Source: Acidimicrobiaceae bacterium
GTDB taxonomy: Bacteria > Actinomycetota > Acidimicrobiia > Acidimicrobiales > RAAP-2
Assembly (NCBI GenBank): GCA_027315005.1
Contig: DAHUZT010000073.1
Span: 6,459-70,458 of the forward strand
DNA: 64,000 nucleotides
Direction of reading: 5' to 3'
In this document: in pieces, positions 20,250 through 28,572 of the stretch
Layout of the letters: each line of letters opens with the position of its first letter
Position numbering within the stretch: the stretch's first letter is position 1
Notes under the pieces: model-generated
What the model saw: the letters and a program-made list of their open reading frames with translations, nothing else
What the model was told of the DNA's origin: nothing
Databases searched by the model: none
Position numbers and translations under genes: made by a program

Positions 20250-20516
20250 TCAGCCCCCGGTCTCAGGGATGGTCCCCGTGGCGAGCGGAGCGTGCCCGTC
20301 TCCCTTCAATTCGGGGTACAGATGTTCGAGGCTGCCCGGCACGATCCGGCTCGCCTCGATGAACCGGTCGACGTCGGACTCCTTCAGGCGGATGACACGT
20401 CCGAACTTGTATGCCACCAGATCACCTTCGTCGATGAAACGGTAGAGGCTCCGGAGGGTCACACCCAGCCGAGCCGACGCCTGCTTCGTACTCAGCCAGC
20501 GGATCGCCTCGCTCAT
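20250..20516 (-). CDS. excisionase/MerR-type helix-turn-helix DNA-binding protein
   Basis: 88 aa. LSTKQASARLGVTLRSLYRFIDEGDLVAYKFGRVIRLKESDVDRFI is the typical HTH_17 pattern. Only 2 nt separate it from the HIT gene start. Confidence 0.75.
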   Translation of the reverse strand: MSEAIRWLSTKQASARLGVTLRSLYRFIDEGDLVAYKFGRVIRLKESDVDRFIEASRIVPGSLEHLYPELKGDGHAPLATGTIPETGG

Positions 20517-20529
20517 CGTTCTTCGGGGC

Positions 20530-21123
20530 TCAGTGGTCGGCCAGCAGTCCGAGCTCCTCGAGACGGGAACCCATGAGATCGGGGGTCACCCCGAACAGGC
20601 ACGCAATCGCGCGTACGTCCTCCGCCCTGATGGTGATCATCCGCCCGTTGAAGTCCTGACGGTGGACCTGGATCATGCCGAGGAACCTCCTGAGCAGATC
20701 CCGCTCGGGACCGCTGACCGCGTTGAGCTTGGTCAGATCGATCACCACCCGGTCCGTACCGGGACCCGACGATGCCGATCGCTGCTGCGCGGCGGTCGCA
20801 GCGGCTGTCCCGTTCCGACCTCCACCCCAGCGAGCGAGGGTGGCGTCATCAGCGGGTAGCAGCTGGTCGACGGGTACGTCATAGAGATTGGCCAGTCGTT
20901 GCAGACGGGGGACGGAGATGGCCCGCTCACCCCGCTCGTAGGCCCCGAGGACCGAGGCCTTGAACTCATGCTCCGACATGGCCTCGACTGCTTGGAGGGA
21001 CAGTCGCATCTGCTTACGCATGGCGCGGAGTCGAGCCCCGACGGCGCGTGCATAGACGATGCGCGCCAGCTCCTCCTGCTCCTCTTCGTCGAGCAATTCC
21101 GAGCGCTTGTCCAGCACCGACAT
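20530..21123 (-). CDS. XRE-family transcriptional regulator with an uncharacterised C-terminal domain
   Basis: HTH region LRAMRKQMRLSLQAVEAMS...ASVLGAYERGERAISVPRLQRLANLY. The start was moved to ATG 21123 (197 aa); the track ORF extends to 21276. Confidence 0.75.
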   Translation of the reverse strand: MSVLDKRSELLDEEEQEELARIVYARAVGARLRAMRKQMRLSLQAVEAMSEHEFKASVLGAYERGERAISVPRLQRLANLYDVPVDQLLPADDATLARWGGGRNGTAAATAAQQRSASSGPGTDRVVIDLTKLNAVSGPERDLLRRFLGMIQVHRQDFNGRMITIRAEDVRAIACLFGVTPDLMGSRLEELGLLADH

Positions 21124-21285
21124 CGACACCTCCACTGCCCACCGGGGACTCGCATCCCCGATTTTGCTGCTCCGATGAAGGAGTTCCTCGGCTTCTGGTC
21201 GGCTCTCGTGCACTACCACGTGCGTAGAGGGGTGACCGCAGCTGGGGACCCTGCCTCTCCGTGTAGTTTCGCTCACGGAGCGTGG

Positions 21286-22110
21286 TTACGCAAGCGTGGC
21301 CACGGTTCCCGACCGAAGGGCGCACAGGATCGTGGCCATCGCGATCGCCGCCGTCTCGGCCCGAAGCACGGTCGGACCGAGGCCGGGCCCGACGCCGAAT
21401 CGGGCGAGCTCCCCCCCGTCCCAGCCGCCTTCAGGGCCGATCGCGACCACCGGGCAGCCAAGAGAGGGTGGTCCACCACCCGGATGGGCGAGGGCGACTC
21501 CGCCCGAACGGCGGAGAGCTGGCGACGATTCGACAGGAGCGGACAAGGCGGCGAGCCCGTCCAGCGACTTCACCTCGGTCACCTCGGGTAGCCAGGTACG
21601 GCGGGACTGGGCAGCGGCCTCGGTCGCCACCCGGCGCAGCCGTGCCACGGCACGCACCGCCCGGTCACCTTGCCAGCGCACCACCGAGCGCGCCGAGCGA
21701 AGCGGCACGATCCGGTCTACGCCCAACTCCGTCATCTTCTGTACCACCCACTCGGCCCGCTCCCCCTACACCGGGACGAAAGCGACAGTTATTGCAGGGT
21801 CCGCACGTGGCTGGCGGCGGATAGGACCGGACACGGTGAGATCGAGGCTGTGGCCCCCCTGCGAGTCGGTCCCGCCGGTACACGCCGCCGATGCCTCGAT
21901 CCTGCACGGTGCCCATGACCCTCGGCCGTCGGATGCGACTACCCCGTCACCCGGACGAAGCCGGAGCACCGTGAGAAGGTGATGGGCCGTTCGAGCGTCA
22001 ACCGACGGGGCTGCCACCTGCTCGACGTAGACCATCGCCGCTGCCGCAACCAGAGCCAGCTCGTTCGACGCCGCCGGCGGACCACCATCGCGAGATTCGA
22101 CGCCGGACAC
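21286..22110 (-). pseudogene. rsmE: 16S rRNA (uracil1498-N3)-methyltransferase RsmE, interrupted by one in-frame TAG
   Basis: The N-terminal PUA-like half (ORF 21766-22110, ending ...ITVAFVPV) and the C-terminal SPOUT half (ORF 21286-21747, ...GERAEWVVQKMTELGVDRIVPL... IGPEGGW... LRAETAA) are in the same frame. They are separated only by TAG at 21768-21766. The minus-strand read is GTC CCG GTG TAG GGG GAG CGG. Confidence 0.8.
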
Positions 22111-22113
22111 CGG

Positions 22114-23253
22114 TCAGGAGAGTGCCGAACGGAGCTTCGAGAAGATCCCCTCACCATGGGGGGACGCCCCGAGTGCCTCGCCCCGCTCCGCGGCGAGCGC
22201 CGCGATCGATTCGCGCTGCCGATCGTCGAGATCGGTGGGCGTATCCACGACGAGGTGGACGAAGAGGTCGCCCCGACCCCGTCCTCGGAGTCGCGGCACC
22301 CCCTGCGCTTTGAGGTGGATGATCGTGCCGCCTTGGGTGCCGGGCGCAATGGACAACTCGCGCCGCTCCTCGAGGGTATCGAAGCCGATCGACCCACCGA
22401 GCACCGCAAGGGTCATCGGGATATGGACCGAGGCATGCAGATCGTTCCCCGAACGCTCGAAGACTCCATCCGGCGTCACCGTCAGATGGACGAAGAGTGT
22501 GCCGTTCGGCCCTCCCCGGTAGCCGGCGGGTCCGTGCCCAGCCAATCTCAGCGTCGCCCCATCGTCCACTCCGGCCGGAATTTCAACAGTGAGAGTCCTC
22601 CGTTCGTTGCGTCGTCCCTCTCCCCTACAGTCCGCGCACGGGCTTTCGATGGACTGACCGGTTCCCTGGCAGCGATTGCAGGGCACAGCCGTGATCATCT
22701 GCCCAAGAATCGACTGGCGGACCCGCCGCAGCTCGCCGGCGCCATCGCACTCGGGGCAGCGAACGGGGAAGGTCCCGGGGCGAGCGCCGGTCCCCTCACA
22801 CGTCGAGCAGAGCACGGGAGTCTCGACCTCGACCTCGCGCTGCACCCCGAAGACGGCTTCCCGGAAGGAGAGGCGGAGAAGCATCTCGGCATCCGGACCC
22901 GGCGTCGGACCACGCCGTTGACGACCACCGCCCGCCGTGCCTCCCATGCCACCGAAGAAGGCGTCGAACAGGTCACCGAGGCCTCCCGCGAACGGGTCTC
23001 CCGCGCCGGATCCGCCCGTAGCCGGTCCAAAGACCCCGTCGGCACCGAACCGGTCGTAACGAGCACGACGCTCGGGGTCACGCAGTACCTCGTAGGCCAG
23101 GCTGACCTCCTTGAACCGCTCCTCGACGGCCGTATCCCCCGGGTTCGCATCCGGATGGAACTCGCGTGCCTTGGCCCGGTAGGCGCGCTTCAACTCGTTC
23201 TCGGTGGCGTTTCGCGGCACTCCCAGGACCTCGTAGAGATCTGGGGTGGTCAC
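22114..23253 (-). CDS. dnaJ: molecular chaperone DnaJ
   Basis: J domain with HPD (EFHPDANP), a Gly-rich linker, and four CxxCxGxG repeats (CSTCEGTG, CPECDGAG, CNRCQGTG, CADCRGEG). Confidence 0.95.
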   Translation of the reverse strand: MTTPDLYEVLGVPRNATENELKRAYRAKAREFHPDANPGDTAVEERFKEVSLAYEVLRDPERRARYDRFGADGVFGPATGGSGAGDPFAGGLGDLFDAFFGGMGGTAGGGRQRRGPTPGPDAEMLLRLSFREAVFGVQREVEVETPVLCSTCEGTGARPGTFPVRCPECDGAGELRRVRQSILGQMITAVPCNRCQGTGQSIESPCADCRGEGRRNERRTLTVEIPAGVDDGATLRLAGHGPAGYRGGPNGTLFVHLTVTPDGVFERSGNDLHASVHIPMTLAVLGGSIGFDTLEERRELSIAPGTQGGTIIHLKAQGVPRLRGRGRGDLFVHLVVDTPTDLDDRQRESIAALAAERGEALGASPHGEGIFSKLRSALS

Positions 23254-24323
23254 CGGATCACCTCCCCGAGCCGCTCGCTCAGCCGGTCACCCACCACCCG
23301 CGCCGCGGCCAGTGCCAACGGGTAGTTCATCCGGGTCGGGCCCAGAAGGCCGATAGTGCCCGATTCCGCTCCGTCCACTGACACCGGCATCACCACGATG
23401 GCACACGACGCCAGCGGTTCCACTCCATGCTCGGCACCGATGGCCACCGACAACCCCGTGTCGAGGATGTCACGGAGAAGCGTCACCACCACCAGCTGCT
23501 GCTCCAGAATCCCGAGTACCGACCGGACCGTGTCGACCGCATCGAAGGCTTCGGCCAATCTCGAAGATCCGCCTACGAAGAGCTGGTCGGTGTCGAGCAC
23601 CGTCCCCAGCCGGTTGAGGGCCAGAGCGGAGGTGGCCGTGACCATGTCGGTGACGGCATCACCGGTCGGTTGAACGACCAGGCTCACCTGAGCCAGCGGA
23701 ATCCCCAGAGCGTGAGCCGCCAGCTGAGCACTGGCGTCCGCCAACCGATCGTCATCGGTGTCGTCTGCCAGGTCGATCGTGCACTTCTGCACGGCACCGT
23801 CCGCCAACACCACCACCAGCAGTGCCATACGGGGACCGAGCCCGACCAGCTGCACCGATCGGATCGCCGCCCCGTCGTGCGACGGCCCCACCACCATCGC
23901 CGTGCAGTCGGTGAGGTCGGCGAGCAGTCCGGAGGTGTGCTTCAGCATCTCTTCGATCTCGCCGTGGGCATGATCGAAGAACTCGCGGACCTGCTGACGC
24001 CCGACCCGGCCGAGCGATCCGGGAGAACGCAGGTGGTCGACGAAGTACCGATAACCCTTGTCGGTCGGGATCCGCCCGGCGCTGGTGTGTGGCTGCGCCA
24101 GATACCCCTCGTGCTCGAGCGCCACCATGTCCGAACGCACCGTGGCCGAGGAGACACTGACACCCGGGGCGTCGGCCACGTGCTGGGAACCCACCGGCTG
24201 GGCGGTCTCTATGTACTCGGTGACCACCGCGTTGAGGACGGCGGCTCTGCGCCCGTCCAGCACCTCCCCGGCGATACTCGGCGCCTTCGCCCTGTTCAGC
24301 AGGTGGTCCTCGGTATTCGGCAT
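23250..24323 (-). CDS. hrcA: heat-inducible transcription repressor HrcA
   Basis: N-terminal winged helix (RRAAVLNAVVTEYIETAQPVGSQHVA), ...GYLAQPHTSAGRIPTDKGYRYFVD. Overlaps the dnaJ start by 4 nt. The start was moved to ATG 24323 (357 aa). Confidence 0.9.
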   Translation of the reverse strand: MPNTEDHLLNRAKAPSIAGEVLDGRRAAVLNAVVTEYIETAQPVGSQHVADAPGVSVSSATVRSDMVALEHEGYLAQPHTSAGRIPTDKGYRYFVDHLRSPGSLGRVGRQQVREFFDHAHGEIEEMLKHTSGLLADLTDCTAMVVGPSHDGAAIRSVQLVGLGPRMALLVVVLADGAVQKCTIDLADDTDDDRLADASAQLAAHALGIPLAQVSLVVQPTGDAVTDMVTATSALALNRLGTVLDTDQLFVGGSSRLAEAFDAVDTVRSVLGILEQQLVVVTLLRDILDTGLSVAIGAEHGVEPLASCAIVVMPVSVDGAESGTIGLLGPTRMNYPLALAAARVVGDRLSERLGEVIR

Positions 24324-24342
24324 GGTCAACTCGTCGTGTTCG

Positions 24343-24395
24343 GCAGCTGGTGAGCCTCTGCAGCTAGTGACGCCGGTGCAGCTGGTGACGCCGGT
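24343..24395. repeat. direct repeats of GCAGCTGGTGA(C/G)GCC, about 2.8 copies, two of them full 18-mers
   Basis: GCAGCTAGTGACGCCGGT (24360-24377) is followed immediately by GCAGCTGGTGACGCCGGT (24378-24395). A partial copy GCAGCTGGTGAGCC lies at 24343-24356. The repeats sit 20-70 bp upstream of the hrcA start. Confidence 0.8.
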
Positions 24396-24440
24396 GCGTC
24401 GCTGGCATCGGACCGGCCGCTCGACTCCGCTCTTCGATCG

Positions 24441-24467
24441 GTGGCACTCCACTCTAGTGAGTGCTGA
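24441..24467. promoter_or_regulatory. CIRCE operator (HrcA binding site)
   Basis: GTGGCACTC-cactctagt-GAGTGCTGA versus the consensus TTAGCACTC-N9-GAGTGCTAA. It is an inverted repeat with exact 9-nt spacing, about 120 bp upstream of the hrcA-dnaJ operon. Confidence 0.78.
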
Positions 24468-24593
24468 CGGATGTCCCGCGGCGCCAGGGTCACTTCGGCA
24501 CGGATCGCCCCCGGCCGGTCTCGCAGGCAGGCCGGCGGGATCACGACCGGCGGGAAGCCGCGGTTCTCCGGGTCCGGCCCCGAACCAGGAGAT

Positions 24594-25253
24594 TCATGCC
24601 GAGGCGACGTACATCCTCTCCGTCATGGCACGGCCCAGGGCGATGGTCGTCGCTCCGATCTCGAGGGTGAGGGTGCCGTCCGGAGCCTTCTCACGGATGA
24701 GGGCGGTCACGCCGGGAGTGAGCCCGTGACCTCCGAGATAGTGGAGTGCATCGGCCTCGTGCTCGACGCTCTCCGTGATTCGCTCGAGACGGACACGGTC
24801 CCCGGGTTCGGCCTCGGACAACACGGTCTGGCCGGACCCGGCCGTGGCTGCTCCGGGGATCGGATTGCCATGAGGGCAGGTCGAAGGATTGCCGAGCAAG
24901 ACGACGAGCCTCTCCTCGACGTCATCGGAGATCACATGCTCCCAGCGGCCCGCCTCGTGATGTGCCTTCTCCCAATCGAGGCCGATGATGTCGACGAGCA
25001 GCCGCTCGGCCAGTCGATGCTTGCGGACGACACCCCTGGCGATGGCAGCACCATCTTCGGTCATGGCGATCCGTCGGGCGCTCTTCATGATCAGCCCTTC
25101 GGTCTCCAGCCGGTCGAGCATCTCGGAGACGGACGGAGCCGCCTTGTCCAGTCGCTCGGCCAGGCGGGCCTGGATGACAGGGATGCCTTCCTCTTCGAGA
25201 CCGAATATCGCTTCGAGGTACTCCTCGATCGGAGGATGGAAGCGGTCCAGCAC
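24594..25253 (-). CDS. DtxR/IdeR/MntR-family metal-dependent repressor with a C-terminal FeoA/SH3-like domain
   Basis: IEEYLEAIFGLEEEGIPVIQARLAERLDKAAPSVSEMLDRLETEGLI, dimerisation/metal region RKHRLAERLLVDIIGLDWEKAHHEAGRWEHVIS...CPHGNPIP, and a C-terminal SH3-like domain. GTG 25253 was chosen (219 aa), but starts as far up as 25559 are possible. Confidence 0.8.
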   Translation of the reverse strand: MLDRFHPPIEEYLEAIFGLEEEGIPVIQARLAERLDKAAPSVSEMLDRLETEGLIMKSARRIAMTEDGAAIARGVVRKHRLAERLLVDIIGLDWEKAHHEAGRWEHVISDDVEERLVVLLGNPSTCPHGNPIPGAATAGSGQTVLSEAEPGDRVRLERITESVEHEADALHYLGGHGLTPGVTALIREKAPDGTLTLEIGATTIALGRAMTERMYVASA

Positions 25254-25466
25254 GGAATCGATGCTAGGCCACTGGCTGCAGGAGCGATACCCGTCGCCTG
25301 CCGGCAGTGGAGGCCGAAGCCTCGGAGCAGTCCTGGTGGCCAGCATGACGAGGTGCGCGATCGCGACATACGGTGGCGGAGTGAGAGGGACGCCATCGAC
25401 TTCACCAGGGCTCGCCATCGGGAAGGCGGAACCCAGACCGGCACGGTGGCAGGCACAGGGAGAATC

Positions 25467-27257
25467 ATGGGTGAGCATCCGAGGGCACTGACCTGTACGG
25501 GGGAGGAGATCCCGTTCTGGTTCGGCCATGGCGACCGGAAACTGTTCGGTTGGCTGCATCTCCCAGCCGGGGGGCAGGCCAGAGGAGGGGTGGTGCTCTG
25601 CCAGCCTCTCGGGATCGAAGCCATCTGTGTGTACTACACATACCGGCTCTTGGCCCAGGCATTGGCCGCGCGGGGACTGGCCGTCCTCCGGTTCGATTAC
25701 GACGGCACAGGCGACTCCTGTGGAGGTGAGACCGATCCGGGACGGCTCGAAGCCTGGTTGACGAGCGTGCAGACGGCCGGAGACTGGTTGACCGCCGCCG
25801 GTGTCAGAGCCTTCGGTATCGTCGGAGTGCGTATCGGGGGCCTCTTCGCGGCCCGTGAAGCTGCACGTCGTGGCGGCGTCGATGCGCTGGTGTTGTGGGA
25901 CGCCTGCCTGTCCGGCCGTTCGTTTCTGCGAGAACAGCGCTTCCTCCGGGTCCTGAGCGATTCGACCGCCGACGGAGACGAAGACGCGGTGGAAGCGCCG
26001 GGGATCCGCTTCGAGCCAGAGACCGTGAAGGAACTCTCGGGTCTGGCCATCGCCGACCTTGTCGGCCCACTTGCCTCCAGAACCCTCGTGCTCACCCCCC
26101 CCGGCCTCTCAAGACCCCGGAGGCTCGAACGCCGCCTGAAGGACTCCTCCGTGGACTGGGAGCAGGCGACTGGTCAGAGTGATCTCCTCGACTCGAGGCT
26201 TCAGATGCCGCCACTCGACGTCGTCGAGCGGGTGGCCGACTGGTTGTCGGACACCCTCGTCGGCGAGCCAGTCGACGTGGGAACGCCCACGGCAGACGCA
26301 GGAGTCGTCACCGTTCGCGAGACCGTTTCGTCTGCAATGGTGACGGAGCGAACTGTGAGCCTCGGCTCATATCACCTGTTCGGCATCGTCACCGAGCCGG
26401 AGGCCCGACCGGTCGGGCCGACGATCGTCCTTGTAAACGAAGGCAATACCCCGCACATCGGTCAGGCCAGGATCTGGGTCGACCTTGCCCGCAGGGTGGC
26501 ATCCGGTGGCTTCCGGGTGCTTCGTTTCGACCTGAGCGGCAACGGAGACAGTGACCCGAGACCGGGTCGACCAGGGCATGTCGCGCGACCGCCCGAAGCC
26601 GTCGACGACATCTACGAAGCGATGCGGGCGATATCACCTGACCGTCCCACCGACGTGGTGCTGATCGGATTCTGTTCCGGGGCCTATCTGGCGTTCGAAC
26701 AGGCCCTGGTCAATCTGCCACGCGGGATATGCGCCATCAACCCAATCTTCTCATTCATCCCGCCCGAGGAACCGGGCACTGCCGACCGCCCGGCGCGCCA
26801 GGTCACCAGAGGTTGGTTCGTCCGGCTGGCGAAAGTCCCGCTTCGCTGGCTGGGAGGCCGTCGGGGTGGGACAGAGCTGGAGCGCTGGACCAAGTCCCTC
26901 GAAGCTGCGACGTGGCCGGTTGCGGTGGCCACTCGAGCGCCAGCCGTTCCCCAACTGGTCTGGAGAGCGGTGAACCACACCTTGCTCGAGAACATACCGA
27001 GCGACACCATCGACCATCTCGTGGGGCAGGGCGTGGACACCTTGATCATCACCGGTCCGGGAGATTTCCTTCCGATATCGCTCGGCGCCCAAGATACGAT
27101 CGACCGCCTACGGCGATCCCCTCGCTTCCATCTGGAGATGATCAGCGAACTCATCCACTCCTCGTGGGAGGTGAAGCAACGTCGCGAACTGATCGGCTGC
27201 ATCGAAGACCACCTTCTCGGCACGTACGGCCCGGCCGAGCCCGGTTCGAGCTCCTAG
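25467..27257 (+). CDS. two-domain alpha/beta-hydrolase-fold fusion protein (both nucleophile elbows non-canonical)
   Basis: 596 aa from ATG 25467; the track ORF from 24471 is antisense to the repressor. Domain 1: LFGWLHLP...VVLCQPLGIEA...LRFDYDGTGDS, with elbow G-V-R-I-G (25821-25835). Domain 2: LFGIVTEP...IVLVNEG...LRFDLSGNGDS, with elbow G-F-C-S-G (26667-26681). Confidence 0.8.
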   Translation: MGEHPRALTCTGEEIPFWFGHGDRKLFGWLHLPAGGQARGGVVLCQPLGIEAICVYYTYRLLAQALAARGLAVLRFDYDGTGDSCGGETDPGRLEAWLTSVQTAGDWLTAAGVRAFGIVGVRIGGLFAAREAARRGGVDALVLWDACLSGRSFLREQRFLRVLSDSTADGDEDAVEAPGIRFEPETVKELSGLAIADLVGPLASRTLVLTPPGLSRPRRLERRLKDSSVDWEQATGQSDLLDSRLQMPPLDVVERVADWLSDTLVGEPVDVGTPTADAGVVTVRETVSSAMVTERTVSLGSYHLFGIVTEPEARPVGPTIVLVNEGNTPHIGQARIWVDLARRVASGGFRVLRFDLSGNGDSDPRPGRPGHVARPPEAVDDIYEAMRAISPDRPTDVVLIGFCSGAYLAFEQALVNLPRGICAINPIFSFIPPEEPGTADRPARQVTRGWFVRLAKVPLRWLGGRRGGTELERWTKSLEAATWPVAVATRAPAVPQLVWRAVNHTLLENIPSDTIDHLVGQGVDTLIITGPGDFLPISLGAQDTIDRLRRSPRFHLEMISELIHSSWEVKQRRELIGCIEDHLLGTYGPAEPGSSS

Positions 27258-27310
27258 CGGAACGGGTCACAGATCCGGTCCACAAGGTGCCACGTTCGGC
27301 CTGGTGGGCG

Positions 27311-28462
27311 CTACTCTCGCGAAGGGGCCGGCGACCCTGCGACCACCGAGTCGATCACAGCCATGAACTTGGCGGACTGGTCCGCCCACGTCGCGATTTC
27401 ACGCTCGAGCGGTCCGGGTCCGGGAGATCGGACCGGCCCGCGAAGTAGGGCCGACACCGCATCGACGAAACCCTCCCGACCGACGACGGTGAACGGGGGA
27501 TCGAGCTCCCGGAAGCCCGCAACAGGGGTGGAGACGACAGGGCGCCCAACCGCCAGGTACTCGCGCGCCTTGATCGGGTCCAGGCTCTCGGTGAAGGGCG
27601 TCACAGCGTGGGGTACCACCAGCACATCGGCATGCTGGAGATATGCCGGCATCTCCGTGTACGGCCGGCTGTCCAGGATCACCGCACCTGCTGCTTCGAG
27701 CCGCTGGTGAGCGGTTCGCGACAGGGAGTTCGGGCCCACGAAGACTGCGTGAGCGGTCCCGGTCAGCCTCTGGCACAGCTCGGCGCACAGGTCCACATCC
27801 AGCCGGCCGTCGACGAGTGTTCCCTGATAGAGAACCACCGGCCCGGACGGAAGATCCGCGGGGCGCTCGGTCGGGGACCGGAGTCGTTCGATGTCCACCC
27901 CGTTGGTGATCACGTGCACAGGTCGATCGCGCCCCCGGCTCTCGGCGAGTGCCGGGGAGCAGACGACGATCTCCGAGCCATGTCGCAACAACAGGGAGTC
28001 GTTCCGGTCCTGGCGCTCCGATTCACGGGAGGTTCCCCTGGCGAGAAGCCAATCGTCCGTCACGTCATAGAGGCTCGGCCAACCTGTCCTCGTCACCAAC
28101 GGTGCGTAGGTGGAGTCGTTGATCCAGAGCACCGGACGCTGAAGCTTCAGCCATGAGATGGCCTTCAGTACCTGGTCGAACAAGGATCGGTCGACACGAG
28201 GCCATAGCCGTCGCGGCAGCCATTTGCGAGGAGCCATGGTCCACAGCCGACCGGTGGGACCGATCGGCCGGAGAGCCGATGACGATGGCCAGCTCCCCTT
28301 GCGCAGTGACCAGATGACATCGATCGGAGGCCCGACGAACAAGATCCGGAGGTTCGGCCGGAGGCGGAGCAGGTGGCTCGCCACATGCTGGTTGCGTCGC
28401 CAGACGTCGTCCCATGGCTCCAGGGACAGACAGACGACATCGAGATCGCCGGAATCGGGCAT
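27311..28462 (-). CDS. GT-B fold glycosyltransferase (GT1/GT4 clan, TuaH-like)
   Basis: 383 aa from ATG 28462, preceded by GAGAGGAGG. The C-terminal half VLVVPHAVTPFTESLDPIKAREYLAVGRPVVSTPVAGF resembles teichuronic-acid-type transferases. Confidence 0.82.
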   Translation of the reverse strand: MPDSGDLDVVCLSLEPWDDVWRRNQHVASHLLRLRPNLRILFVGPPIDVIWSLRKGSWPSSSALRPIGPTGRLWTMAPRKWLPRRLWPRVDRSLFDQVLKAISWLKLQRPVLWINDSTYAPLVTRTGWPSLYDVTDDWLLARGTSRESERQDRNDSLLLRHGSEIVVCSPALAESRGRDRPVHVITNGVDIERLRSPTERPADLPSGPVVLYQGTLVDGRLDVDLCAELCQRLTGTAHAVFVGPNSLSRTAHQRLEAAGAVILDSRPYTEMPAYLQHADVLVVPHAVTPFTESLDPIKAREYLAVGRPVVSTPVAGFRELDPPFTVVGREGFVDAVSALLRGPVRSPGPGPLEREIATWADQSAKFMAVIDSVVAGSPAPSRE

Positions 28463-28572
28463 CGCGTACCTCCTCTCGAGCCCGCCAGGTGTCGACCGGC
28501 CGTGCGTCAGTGATCCCGGGACTGCACCAAGGCCGCATCCCCGCTCGTTCCGGTACTGAAGGCCCATCGTAG

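Noticed and set aside
20250-20516. The excisionase-type HTH gene as a marker of a prophage or integrative element.
   Set aside because: There is no integrase, att-like repeat, tRNA junction or phage genes nearby. The gene sits inside the conserved rsmE...phoH housekeeping block with native-looking GC content.
24471-25466. N-terminal 332 aa of the 928-aa track ORF 24471-27257. Similar long N-terminal extensions occur on ORFs 58094-60241, 43616-45415, 58400-60118, 11723-12670, 56047-57450, 27311-28753 and 29020-29994.
   Set aside because: The extensions are Arg/Pro-rich, overlap well-supported genes on the other strand or in another frame, and end at internal ATG/GTG codons. At those codons family-typical N-termini begin, several with SD-like sequences or stop/start overlaps. 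I trimmed the genes to those starts.
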